64,000 nt of DNA from Candidatus Cloacimonadales bacterium (GCA_963662275.1 OY759316.1:576001-640000), one strand, 5' to 3'. Counted from the stretch's first letter, positions 50,443 to 60,458 are shown. Made by a program: numbers and translations. The notes: generated by a model from the letters alone, not told the origin.

Positions 50443-52235
50443 TAAGATTTCCCCGCAACTACTTTTTCCGTACCATTTTTCATTTGATCATGATAATAGT
50501 GCATGATCCGACCAGCAATCGGGGCTGCTGAAGAACCACCGTGTCCAGCATTTTCCATAAACACACACACAGCTATTTGTGGAGTATCGGTACAATAATA
50601 ACCAACAAACCAGGCATGTGTAGATCTGCCAGCAATATTTTCAGCAGAGCCTGTTTTTCCATAAACCGAGGCTCCATCAAACCTGGCTGCACCTCCAGTA
50701 CCTCCTGGAGCATTAACAACCTTAAACAATCCTTCATGAATAATTCTTAGTGTACTTGAAGAAATTGGGAGTTGAGTCTCTAGATCCTGGTTCAAGTCCT
50801 TAAACAGAATAGTTTTTGTGCCAATAGCACGATCCAGTAAATGAGGTCTGATCCATTTACCATTATTAGCAAGTGCTGAATAATAGGCACACATCTGTAA
50901 GGGAGAAACTTGAATTTCTCCCTGGCCTATTGAAAGATTGACTTTTGGTCCGATAATTCCTGTAGATTTTCCGTAGTGTTTTTTGTACCAGAGAGTATTT
51001 GGGAACAAGCCTTCTCTTTCGTTCGGTAAATCCACACCTGTTCTCTGTGCCAGGTGATTTCCAAAAACAAAAGCCTGGAAATCATCTAATTTATATTTTA
51101 AGGAAAGGTCATAAAAAAATACATCACATGAGACACGGAGTGCTTCCTCGACGGGAAGTGAGCCATGTCCTGTTCGACTCCAACAGCGAAAGAATCGATT
51201 ACCAACCTGGAGTCCTCCTGTGCATGGACGATCTAAGGAATACTGACTGATAATACCTTTTTGTAAGCCATAGCTTGCTGGTATGGGTTTAAAAACAGAA
51301 CCCGGGGGGTAGACTCCATGAATTACCCTATCGAGCATTGGTTTATTGGGATCAAGATTAACTTTATCCCAATCTTCTTTTTTTAGTTTTGTCATCATGA
51401 TATTCTGATCAAAGTCCGGTTTGCTGGCATATGCAAGGATACCGCCTGTTTTTACATCCATTACAACAATAGCTCCATTGACTCCATTTGGAAAAGCAGA
51501 ACTAGCGAATTGCTGTAAATCAGAATCAATAGTCAGAATTAAACTCAATCCATTTTCAGGAGTTTGAGTCAGGTTATGTTTAAACAGATTTAGACTTTTC
51601 CCGGAAGCATCTACCTGGATAATCTCATTTCCATCTTTTCCATGTAAAAGGACTTCATAATATTTTTCTAAACCTGTTTTTCCTAAACTGCTATTGATGG
51701 AATAACCTTCTTCTTTCACTTTATCATACTCAACAGCATTGATACGACCGACATAACCGGTAAAATGGTTGGGAATCAGATACTGGCGTGTTGTTTCTAC
51801 CTTAAAATTCAAACAGGGATAATAGTTTAAATCTTCTGAAACTCGCATCATTGTATCATAATCGGTGTTTTCGGCTATCAGGATATCCTGGTATGAACGA
51901 AATCTGCTGCTTAAGATCAAGGAATCGACTTCCATATGATTAATTCCATAATTGACTTGCAAAAATTGCTTCAATCTCTTGGTGTTGTTGATTTTGGCAG
52001 GAGTTAGATAGAGGTTGAGAGATGGAATATTGATGACCATTGGTTTATAATTTCGATCATAGATTTCACCACGAGTTGCAGGTATTCTATTTAATCTGAC
52101 AAAGTTACGTTCTGCGATTTGGTGATAATAATTCCCCTTGATAATCTGCAATTCAAAAAGGGCAGATAATAGGAAAAGGAAAAGTGCTACAAGAATAATG
52201 CGGAATGTATTGGATGGAGTGAAATTAGTCTTCAT
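50442..52235 (-). CDS. mrdA: Penicillin-binding protein 2
   Basis: RGEIYDRN, YPPGSVFK, SCDVFFY, IGQG, GKTGSA. Confidence 0.95.
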   Translation of the reverse strand: MKTNFTPSNTFRIILVALFLFLLSALFELQIIKGNYYHQIAERNFVRLNRIPATRGEIYDRNYKPMVINIPSLNLYLTPAKINNTKRLKQFLQVNYGINHMEVDSLILSSRFRSYQDILIAENTDYDTMMRVSEDLNYYPCLNFKVETTRQYLIPNHFTGYVGRINAVEYDKVKEEGYSINSSLGKTGLEKYYEVLLHGKDGNEIIQVDASGKSLNLFKHNLTQTPENGLSLILTIDSDLQQFASSAFPNGVNGAIVVMDVKTGGILAYASKPDFDQNIMMTKLKKEDWDKVNLDPNKPMLDRVIHGVYPPGSVFKPIPASYGLQKGIISQYSLDRPCTGGLQVGNRFFRCWSRTGHGSLPVEEALRVSCDVFFYDLSLKYKLDDFQAFVFGNHLAQRTGVDLPNEREGLFPNTLWYKKHYGKSTGIIGPKVNLSIGQGEIQVSPLQMCAYYSALANNGKWIRPHLLDRAIGTKTILFKDLNQDLETQLPISSSTLRIIHEGLFKVVNAPGGTGGAARFDGASVYGKTGSAENIAGRSTHAWFVGYYCTDTPQIAVCVFMENAGHGGSSAAPIAGRIMHYYHDQMKNGTEKVVAGKS

Positions 52236-52734
52236 TGAAATTCAATTTCATTCGATAGAATAGGGATAGGGCATATGTAAAAATGACTGATAAAGCAGTG
52301 TTATAAACAATATTGAAAAGAACTAAAGGTATCAGTTTGATGGAATAACCCATCATGACAAGTTGAACTACAAAAAAAATGATAAAATATATGAGATTTA
52401 CAATGCTGATGATGATAATATGGGAGAGGAACTTTTCCTTATCTAGACTCTGGTGAAAACTATTAACGATTAATGAGAGGACTATGTAGCACAGAGTATT
52501 AATTCCCAGGAGATTCGGAGTTGTTAAATCCTGCATGATTCCAAGAAAAAAAATGATTGTTAAGGCAGGGATGATACTCATATTAAGATTAAGAAATACA
52601 ACGAAGGCAAGCATAAAATTGGGCACAATGCCAAATATGGAAATACCCGGGGCAATAATGACCTGCATATATAAAAGGATGATTCCCATTCCAACTAAAC
52701 GAATAAGATTCCACATTGGAAATTCCCGATTCAA
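52225..52734 (-). CDS. mreD: Rod shape-determining protein MreD
   Basis: Hydrophobic, PNF, GIMQDL...LGIN; operon position. Confidence 0.85.
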   Translation of the reverse strand: MNREFPMWNLIRLVGMGIILLYMQVIIAPGISIFGIVPNFMLAFVVFLNLNMSIIPALTIIFFLGIMQDLTTPNLLGINTLCYIVLSLIVNSFHQSLDKEKFLSHIIIISIVNLIYFIIFFVVQLVMMGYSIKLIPLVLFNIVYNTALSVIFTYALSLFYRMKLNFNED

Positions 52735-53426
52735 GCAGTACCTGCTAAATGTTTACGGATAATGCAGATAGGGGTAAGTTCATCTCCTTGGCCTTGTGGA
52801 TTATCTTTCATCACTTTTTGCATGAATGCTTTATCAATTCCTTTGCTGCCACCTATCATCCAACATCCGCCAATGTCATTGATATCCATAATCGCAGTTT
52901 CATATCCTAAGGCGTCATAAATTGCCTGAGATTCCTTTTCCGGATGCAAAGGACCTTTAATTACACATTGATCATAAGGAGGAACAGGTGAAGTATGTGC
53001 TGCATCAATCAAGGCAGCCTGCATACCCGCGATAAGATAAAAGTCGCCTTTCCTGCCTATCAACTTACCTAAGGCACCTACAAGAGCAGCAAAAAGAATA
53101 CGCCAAGCTCCACACTCATCAATAGCGCATTGCATACTTTCAGGAGCTCTTAACCCGATGCCATAGGGTACTTTTGCTACAAAACGCCATAATATCCTGG
53201 CAAGGAGTCCTATTTTCAATTGCGAGACTGGAACAGCCCTGCCTTGTGTAATGGCAAGCGGACTTTCGCTAATGGAAATGATGTCTCCTTGTTGGAGAAC
53301 ATTTCCGGCTGATTCTAGGATAATATCTGTAAGTGAATCACCGGGCATGAGAATTCTGGTTTTTATCGGAATTCTTTCGTATTGGATGCTATCAATCTCA
53401 ATGATTGGTTGAAAGTTCTTTTTCAT
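52731..53426 (-). CDS. Coenzyme F420-0:gamma-glutamyl ligase (CofE)-like protein
   Basis: PIKTRIL.PGD, GDIISISES.LAITQGR, FY.IAG....ID, IMDINDIG, DNPQGQGDELTP. Confidence 0.75.
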   Translation of the reverse strand: MKKNFQPIIEIDSIQYERIPIKTRILMPGDSLTDIILESAGNVLQQGDIISISESPLAITQGRAVPVSQLKIGLLARILWRFVAKVPYGIGLRAPESMQCAIDECGAWRILFAALVGALGKLIGRKGDFYLIAGMQAALIDAAHTSPVPPYDQCVIKGPLHPEKESQAIYDALGYETAIMDINDIGGCWMIGGSKGIDKAFMQKVMKDNPQGQGDELTPICIIRKHLAGTA

Positions 53427-54189
53427 AACTCATCTCCCTATTACCTTTCAGGACGAATACCGTTTCGGCGTTTTCAATCAAGGCAAAAGGCTGAATTTCT
53501 GCCTTTAAAAAAAGATTATCCTGGGATTCTTTCAGCTTTATGATCTTCCCGATCGGATATCCTTTTGGAAATATCTGCGAAATATTGGATGTTACAAGAG
53601 TATCACCGATATTGATCTGTGAACCTAATTTTATCATACCCATATAAACTCGACCATAATAATCTGTTTCCAGAACTCCCTGCACATTAGATGTCTTATC
53701 CATGATTGCTAATTTGAACAGGCTATGTGATAATGGTAAAATGACTGCATAATTGCGAGTAACGGTAATCACTTTACCAACTACTCCCTCGGCTGAAATT
53801 ACCGGATCATTCTGATTTATCTTATCATGAAATCCTTTATTAATAATCAGATTACGTTCCCAGAAATTACCGCTATACCCAATGACTTCTGCAACAATAA
53901 AACTCTTCCCAGCCAGGTTACGAGGTATATTCATACTGTTTTGTATCGTGTACAAACGGTTCTCCAGATTGAGTATATAAAGCGTTTGCTGAGCTACCTT
54001 TTCACTTAATTTGAGGTTGTTTTCACTTAATGTCTTCGTATTTTGAATACTAGTCACACTTTTCATGAAAGGTGGAAATATATAGTTACCCAGCCATTGT
54101 GCTTTTTGTATTCGTGTTTGTGTTGTACCCAGTAATAAGAATAATGCCAGGATTAAATACAAAAGCGCAACGATACGTTCCTTGGTCAC
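53398..54189 (-). CDS. mreC: Rod shape-determining protein MreC
   Basis: TM plus coiled coil, AEVIG, IINKG, GVVGKV, GDTLVTS, FPKGYPIG. Confidence 0.92.
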   Translation of the reverse strand: MTKERIVALLYLILALFLLLGTTQTRIQKAQWLGNYIFPPFMKSVTSIQNTKTLSENNLKLSEKVAQQTLYILNLENRLYTIQNSMNIPRNLAGKSFIVAEVIGYSGNFWERNLIINKGFHDKINQNDPVISAEGVVGKVITVTRNYAVILPLSHSLFKLAIMDKTSNVQGVLETDYYGRVYMGMIKLGSQINIGDTLVTSNISQIFPKGYPIGKIIKLKESQDNLFLKAEIQPFALIENAETVFVLKGNREMSYEKELSTNH

Positions 54190-54194
54190 GATAC

Positions 54195-55232
54195 TCAGTC
54201 TTCAATTTTTTTTATCAGAACTTCTCGATAGCTTTCAATGTCGTCAAGGATTCTACCGGCACCCTTGACAACAGCAGTCAAGGGGTCTGGTACGACATGA
54301 ACAGGTAAGTCGACAGTATTTCGAATTCGTTCATCCAGCCCTTTAAGTAGAGCACCACCACCAGTCAGGAAGATACCCCTTTCGGCAATATCAGCAGCTA
54401 ATTCGGGTGCCGTTCTTTCAAAGAGACGCTTGATCGCATCAATCATAGCAGTCACCGTCTCAGCCAGAGCTTCACGAATTTCTTCAGAACCCATTTTAAT
54501 TGTAACAGGATAACCAGTGATGATATCGCGTCCCCTGACTTCCATGTTAAGTTCCTGCTTTAAAGGATAGGCTGAACCGATCTTTAATTTGATCTTTTCT
54601 GCTGTTTGAATACCAACAAAGATATTGTTTTTCTTTCGCAGGTAATTCACAATATCCAAATCAAGCTTATCACCACCGATACGTATGGAATTATGAACGA
54701 CGATATGAGAAAGGGAAATAACAGCTATTTCACTAGTACCACCACCGATATCCATGATTAAGTTACCGTAAGGTTTGTCGATTGGGAGATCAGCACCTAT
54801 TGCAGCAGCAATTGGTTCCGAAACCAGAAACACTTCCCTGGCTCCAGCATGAAGAGCGCTGTCACGTACCGCTCGTTTTTCCACTTCCGTGATACCGGAG
54901 GGAACACAGACAATTACACGCGGACGAACTAAGAGTCTTTTTTTCTGAGCACGAAGAATCAGGTTTCTCAGCATGAGCTCAGTCACTTGGAAATCAGCTA
55001 TTACACCATCTTTTAATGGTTTAATTACACGTACTTCATCAGGATTTTTTCCGAGCATTTCTTTTGCTGGCATCCCAATGGCAATCATTTTTTTATTATC
55101 TGCTGACATAGCAACAACGGAAGGTTCATCAATCACAACACCGGAATTCTTTTTATATACGAGAGTGTTGGCAGTACCGAGATCAATAGCAATATCATTT
55201 GCCAAAACACCAAAGATTTTTAGAAAATTCAT
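54195..55232 (-). CDS. mreB: Rod shape-determining protein MreB
   Basis: AIDLGTANT, PLKDGVIADF, DIGGGTSE, LTGGGALL. Confidence 0.97.
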   Translation of the reverse strand: MNFLKIFGVLANDIAIDLGTANTLVYKKNSGVVIDEPSVVAMSADNKKMIAIGMPAKEMLGKNPDEVRVIKPLKDGVIADFQVTELMLRNLILRAQKKRLLVRPRVIVCVPSGITEVEKRAVRDSALHAGAREVFLVSEPIAAAIGADLPIDKPYGNLIMDIGGGTSEIAVISLSHIVVHNSIRIGGDKLDLDIVNYLRKKNNIFVGIQTAEKIKLKIGSAYPLKQELNMEVRGRDIITGYPVTIKMGSEEIREALAETVTAMIDAIKRLFERTAPELAADIAERGIFLTGGGALLKGLDERIRNTVDLPVHVVPDPLTAVVKGAGRILDDIESYREVLIKKIED

Positions 55233-55389
55233 AGGGTCTCCATATGCTTAATCATTTTTCCACAAAGAGTTACAACGCAACTTAACGTTCCTGCTCTTTT
55301 ACGTAGATAATGCATTGTGTCAAGCAGAAATGTAATGTCTCAAGAATCCTAAAAGATTTGAGCAGTCATTTTACAATATGAATATTGTA

Positions 55390-55863
55390 TTATTCTTCAA
55401 CCAGACCATTCAATTCTGAAGGATCATACCAGCTAATCAATCCTTGGATACGTTCAATCTCAGTCTGAAGTATGATTTTGTGATCGTATTCTTCCTTCGC
55501 GAATTTCTCAAATAAAGTACGAATTTCCATATCGTTACAACTCAGAGCCAGATACATGAACCCATCATGAGCTAAATCTTCTCTGCTCAGTGCAAATTCC
55601 AGGATACTTTTCGGATCACTGATCAAGTCAGCAGGAATGTCACCAGGTACTTCATCCCTGATGATATTGAGAGCTTGACCGGGGAACTCTATCTTGTAGG
55701 CAATTATGAGCTTTTCCTCATGAATCTCTTCCAATGGGATAAGACTATGGAATGCCTTTTTTGCATTTTCCTCTTTAAAACTCTTCGCTAAGGCTTTATA
55801 TAATTCCTGTGATCTGATCTCATTCTGAATTGCTAAAATATAAGCTTCTTTACGAGAATTCAT
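55390..55863 (-). CDS. Ferritin-like/rubrerythrin family protein
   Basis: AIQNE...Y, EEIH, ALSRE, EEYDH di-iron pattern. Confidence 0.82.
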   Translation of the reverse strand: MNSRKEAYILAIQNEIRSQELYKALAKSFKEENAKKAFHSLIPLEEIHEEKLIIAYKIEFPGQALNIIRDEVPGDIPADLISDPKSILEFALSREDLAHDGFMYLALSCNDMEIRTLFEKFAKEEYDHKIILQTEIERIQGLISWYDPSELNGLVEE

Positions 55864-55937
55864 AACATCAACCTCCTGTATTTGTTTTCTTTTGAAATTT
55901 CACTTTTAAGTATTCTGTGTCAATTAAAAAATATGAA

Positions 55938-57197
55938 TCAGTTCCTTATCGTTTCCATGGGATTTAATTTTGCAATCTTCCGAGAAGGATAGAATACACT
56001 GAACAGTGATATCAGGATACTAATAAGAGGTACTAGAATAAAATCCATTAATTTGATTTCGACTGGTAGATCTAAAAGCGGAAATGTACCCATGGGAATT
56101 TTGATCATGTGATAATGAGCTTGCAATTCTAGTAAGGATAAGGCAATGAATACACCGATGATAATACCAATTAAAGTTAGAAACATGCCCTGGAAAAGGA
56201 AGATATTACGGATGTTTAGATTATTCGTCCCCAATGCCTTAAGAATACCAATCTCTTTGCGTTTTAAGACCGTCAATTTGAGTAGATTCCCTGTCATGTT
56301 GAAGGATGTGATCAACAGCATTAAACTCAGGACTGAAATCATTACCATCTTTTCCATTTTCATGGCATTGAAGAGATTTGGGTCAAAATGGCTCCAATCT
56401 TCAACAACGTATTTCGGATATTTCTGCTGTAATTGCTGAGTGATGGTTTGAAGATGTCGTGAATCATATGTTCTGATTTCAATGTAGCTGACAGCGTGAG
56501 TATTTTGACTGAAAAACTGGCTATTCGCAAGGGAAATGTAACTGAAAAGACGATCATATTCCGGCATCCCTGAAACAAAAGTCCCAATGACGATTAAATT
56601 CTTATTTATCGGTAGCATTCCCAAGGGAGTAGGCGTTGTATGAACCGGTGAAACAACCTGGATAGTATCACCAACACTTGCCTGCAATTGTATCGCGAGA
56701 TCCATACCCAATATGATTCCATCTTCAGCGAAGAGTTTTTGGTCAGCATATCCGTTGACGATTCCTCTTAAAACTTGTTCTTTCCTTTTTTGTATATCAT
56801 CAGGAATAGGATCAAAGATATGAGTTACTTTTTTATGTCTCGGGAGATCTATTCCATAATTGACACTCCCGAGCATATTCTTTCCTTTTATAAGCATCAC
56901 TTCATTTTCAACAACAGGTGCAGCAGCGGTAATTAGAGGATCTTTTTCCAATTCAGTTAACAAAGGAACATAGTTTTCCAGTGGCTGATAGTTTTGTTGA
57001 TACAGTTTTACTTCTGCTTTGGTTCCGATAATCCGATCCATGATATCTCTGTCGAATCCATTCATGACAGAGGATACTACCAGCAGGGAGAAAATACTGA
57101 GAATGATTCCACCCAAGCTTAGCAGATTTGAACCTTGAATGAGGAATCTGTTTCTTCCTCGTAAATATCGAAACGCCAAGCGCAAGCTAAAATTCAT
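55938..57197 (-). CDS. LolC/E-type lipoprotein-releasing ABC permease
   Basis: AFRYLR, SVMNGF, AMKMEK, EIGILKALG. Confidence 0.88.
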   Translation of the reverse strand: MNFSLRLAFRYLRGRNRFLIQGSNLLSLGGIILSIFSLLVVSSVMNGFDRDIMDRIIGTKAEVKLYQQNYQPLENYVPLLTELEKDPLITAAAPVVENEVMLIKGKNMLGSVNYGIDLPRHKKVTHIFDPIPDDIQKRKEQVLRGIVNGYADQKLFAEDGIILGMDLAIQLQASVGDTIQVVSPVHTTPTPLGMLPINKNLIVIGTFVSGMPEYDRLFSYISLANSQFFSQNTHAVSYIEIRTYDSRHLQTITQQLQQKYPKYVVEDWSHFDPNLFNAMKMEKMVMISVLSLMLLITSFNMTGNLLKLTVLKRKEIGILKALGTNNLNIRNIFLFQGMFLTLIGIIIGVFIALSLLELQAHYHMIKIPMGTFPLLDLPVEIKLMDFILVPLISILISLFSVFYPSRKIAKLNPMETIRN

Positions 57198-58693
57198 TAT
57201 GTTCTTTTCATCTGGGGAAAAAATATCACTTCTTTAATAGAAGTATTATCTGTTAACAGCATGACTAACCGATCAATACCGATACCCATTCCTCCCATCG
57301 GAGGCATGCCATATTCGAGCGCTTCCAGGAAGTCTTCATCAACCAGGGTGGCTTCCAGATCACCTAACGCACGTAATGCTGCTTGTTTTTCCATACGTTC
57401 ACGCTGATCAAGAGGATCATTCAATTCTGTGAAAGCATTGGCAAACTCATTACCATTGATAAATAACTCAAACCGTTCAACCAGTTGTGGCTGTCCCGGT
57501 TTTGATTTAGCAAGAGGGGAGACCTCTTTAGGATAATCATAAACAAGTGTCGGCTGTATCAACTTTTCTTGAACGCAGATATCGAATATCTCAGCAATGA
57601 GACGTCCAGCCCCTGCATTCTTGGGAATCTCGATTTTCTTTGATTTACAAAATGCAGCAATTTTCACTTCATCGAAATCAGAAGCATCAAATCCTGTTGT
57701 TTCTTTGATCAAATCAAGCATTGTAGCACGTTTCCAGGGCTTGGAAACGGAAATGACCTGTCCCTGGAAAGGAACTTGATCCGTACCGTTTATAGCCATA
57801 GCACATTCATATACCATATTTTCTGTGATATCCATCATACCATTCAAATCAGTGTATGCCTGGTAAAGCTCGAGCAAAGTGAATTCTGGATTATGGGAAC
57901 GATCCATACCTTCATTACGGAAATTCTTACCGATTTCATACACTCTTTCGAATCCACCGACAATCAGTCTTTTTAAATACAATTCTGTGGCGATACGAAG
58001 GTATAAGTCCATATCCAATGTATTATGATGTGTAATGAACGGACGTGCATTAGCGCCACCATAAAGCGGTTGTAAAGTGGGTGTTTCCACTTCCAGGAAT
58101 CCCTGCCTATCAAGGAAACTACGGATCGTAGTAACTATCTTGGCTCGTTTTTCAAACACATGCTTATTATCAGGATTCAACAGCAGATCTAAATATCTCT
58201 TTCTGAAGCGGAGTTCTATATCTGTAAATTCATCATAACGAACAGTCTTACCTTCTTCAATTCTTTCTTTCACTGCTGGGAGCGGACGGATGTTTTTGCT
58301 TAGCATTGTAATATGTGAAGCTTTTACAGAAAATTCACCAGTCTGTGTTACTAAACAGGTACCATCGACTTGGATAAAGTCACCCGGATCACAGAGTTTG
58401 AATAATTCATAATTTACTTCGCCGAGTTCATCCTGTTTCACAAATATTTGTATTTTTCCACTGACATCCAGCAGATTTCCAAATCCTATTTTCCCCTGGC
58501 GCCGCATGGCAACTAACCGTCCGGCAATGGATACTGGCTGGTTACTTTCTAAGAATGTATCACGATTCTCGTGTAATTCTCCAATTTTATGTGTTCGAGT
58601 CGATGTAGTCGGATATGGTTCAATTCCCATTTCCCGTATCTTCGCCATCTTTTCCAGTCTAAGTTTAATAAATTGATTGTTGGCATCAAACAT
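57197..58693 (-). CDS. lysS: Lysine--tRNA ligase (class II)
   Basis: RYLDL, GGANARPF, YLRIATELYLKRL, FRNEG, YGMPPMGGMGIGIDRL. Confidence 0.97.
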   Translation of the reverse strand: MFDANNQFIKLRLEKMAKIREMGIEPYPTTSTRTHKIGELHENRDTFLESNQPVSIAGRLVAMRRQGKIGFGNLLDVSGKIQIFVKQDELGEVNYELFKLCDPGDFIQVDGTCLVTQTGEFSVKASHITMLSKNIRPLPAVKERIEEGKTVRYDEFTDIELRFRKRYLDLLLNPDNKHVFEKRAKIVTTIRSFLDRQGFLEVETPTLQPLYGGANARPFITHHNTLDMDLYLRIATELYLKRLIVGGFERVYEIGKNFRNEGMDRSHNPEFTLLELYQAYTDLNGMMDITENMVYECAMAINGTDQVPFQGQVISVSKPWKRATMLDLIKETTGFDASDFDEVKIAAFCKSKKIEIPKNAGAGRLIAEIFDICVQEKLIQPTLVYDYPKEVSPLAKSKPGQPQLVERFELFINGNEFANAFTELNDPLDQRERMEKQAALRALGDLEATLVDEDFLEALEYGMPPMGGMGIGIDRLVMLLTDNTSIKEVIFFPQMKRT

Positions 58694-58762
58694 GTGAACT
58701 CCTAATAAAATATATACATAAGTCTAAATATGAAGAATAGGTTACGTGTCAAGCAGAAGGTT

Positions 58763-58909
58763 GTAGCTCCGCCTTTAGACGGTTGTAGCTTGTAGTTTGT
58801 AGGAGCGCTGATTCCTCATCGGCGGATAGGGCGAATTCCTTTCGCCCTAAAACTAGTCGTAAATCAGGTGATTTGTAGTGGTTCGCGTCAGCAGACCTGT
58901 CTGCCCTAC
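58763..58909. repeat. Cluster of GTAG-type REP-like palindromes
   Basis: For example TAGGGCGAA-TTCCT-TTCGCCCTA (58827-49) and GCAGACCTGTCTGCCCTAC (ending 58909). Confidence 0.6.
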
Positions 58910-59009
58910 AAAAATATCGCAGAAAAAAAACTTGACTAACTAACTTCACATATTTCAAGTTCAGTTGTAAGTAGAACAATAATAATAATCCAAATCATTA
59001 GGAGGAACT

Positions 59010-59459
59010 ATGAGAATTATCTTTTTCGTCTGCCTCTGTCTAGCTCCATTTCTGTTGTATTGTGAAGTCATGTATGTTCATCTCTCCAATGGAACAACTG
59101 CTGAATTCCAAGTTGAAGATATTCAGCAGATCAATTTTAATAATGTCTCCAACAATGATTGGGTAGCGTTCCTACCTAAAGTATCAATTAAATTTTTAAC
59201 GAATTATCCCAATCCCTTTAATCCCTCAACCATAATTAAGTTTGAGCTTTCTGAACCGTGTCAGACGGAAGTTTCGATCTTCAATATCAGAGGACAACTA
59301 GTAAAGGTTCTGGCTAAAGAATATATGACAAAAGGTGTTCAGGAATTGACCTGGAATGGGTTGAATGAAACAGGAAAAGCATGCGCCTCTGGACCTTATA
59401 TTTATAAGGTGAAATGCGATGACCAAATCAAAGTCAACAAAATGCTGATGTTAAAATAG
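59010..59459 (+). CDS. Small secreted protein: short beta module plus FlgD/T9SS-like CTD
   Basis: Signal peptide, NYPNPFNPST.I.F, IFNIRGQLVK, WNG....G, KMLMLK; AGGAGG RBS. Confidence 0.85.
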   Translation: MRIIFFVCLCLAPFLLYCEVMYVHLSNGTTAEFQVEDIQQINFNNVSNNDWVAFLPKVSIKFLTNYPNPFNPSTIIKFELSEPCQTEVSIFNIRGQLVKVLAKEYMTKGVQELTWNGLNETGKACASGPYIYKVKCDDQIKVNKMLMLK

Positions 59460-59468
59460 GAGCATACG

Positions 59469-60401
59469 ATGTACAAAATATTACTTATTAGCAGCCTAAT
59501 ACTTTTTACTTCATTTCTTTTTGCACAGGCCCAGATGAACGTGCACACCACAACCGGGACCAGTACCTTTGATCTAAATGAAATCACGGGTATATCTTTC
59601 AGTCAGGGGACAACTCCTACCCAGATGATACTTGTCCCTGGCGGTACTTTTACAATGGGTGATACACATGGTGGCGGAGACGCAGACGAATTGCCTACGC
59701 ATAGCGTGACGTTATCATCGTTCATGATTGGCAAATATGAAGTGACTCAGGAAGAATGGTTGACCTTGATGGGTAGCAATCCTGCCAGTGGCTTTGGTTT
59801 AGGTCCTAACTATCCTGTGTACAACATATCCTGGTATGCTATCCTGAAGTACTGCAATCTGCGAAGTATTAATGAAGGTCTTACTCCGGTCTATACTATC
59901 AATAGCTCTACCAATCCTGTTTATTGGGGAGCAGTTCCGATAGCCGTCGATGCTATTTGGGATGCAGCAATTTGTAATTGGACAGCCAATGGCTACAGAT
60001 TACCAACTGAAGCCGAGTGGGAATTTGCCGCGCGGGGTGGAACATCCACTCCGGATTATTTATATAGCGGTGGCGAAGACGCAAATACCCTTTTATGGTA
60101 TCTGGATAATTGGGGAACAGCAAATAATTCAAGTCATACAGTTGGCGGACTTGCTCCCAATGCTCTTGGAATATATGACATGAGCGGCAATGTATGGGAA
60201 ATGTGTTGGGACTCGTATGGTGCTTATAGCTCAAGCCCGGAGACGAATCCTCATGGTGCTGCTAGCGGTACCGGTCATTTGAGACGTGGCGGTGGATGGG
60301 ATGGACTTGCACTCTACTGCAGGATTTCAAATAGGGGTTGGGGTGATCAATACTACACCTACTTCGAAGATGGATTCCGGCTCTGCAGGTCAGTCCAGTA
60401 G
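59469..60401 (+). CDS. Secreted FGE-sulfatase/SUMF1 (C-lectin fold) domain protein
   Basis: VPGGTFTMG, YEVTQ, GYRLPTEAEWEFAARGG, GIYDMSGNVWE, GFRLCR. Confidence 0.9.
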   Translation: MYKILLISSLILFTSFLFAQAQMNVHTTTGTSTFDLNEITGISFSQGTTPTQMILVPGGTFTMGDTHGGGDADELPTHSVTLSSFMIGKYEVTQEEWLTLMGSNPASGFGLGPNYPVYNISWYAILKYCNLRSINEGLTPVYTINSSTNPVYWGAVPIAVDAIWDAAICNWTANGYRLPTEAEWEFAARGGTSTPDYLYSGGEDANTLLWYLDNWGTANNSSHTVGGLAPNALGIYDMSGNVWEMCWDSYGAYSSSPETNPHGAASGTGHLRRGGGWDGLALYCRISNRGWGDQYYTYFEDGFRLCRSVQ

Positions 60402-60428
60402 TTTTTAGTTTTATTACCTTTTATTTTC

Positions 60429-60458
60429 CAATCTGCCGAATTTCGATTCGGCAGATTG
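60429..60458. other. 13-bp perfect hairpin with 4-nt loop (terminator or DGR-target-type hairpin)
   Basis: CAATCTGCCGAAT-TTCG-ATTCGGCAGATTG. Confidence 0.7.

Noticed and set aside
39351..60401. The two FGE 3' ends as a DGR TR/VR pair
   Set aside because: They differ at many non-adenine positions and no reverse transcriptase is present
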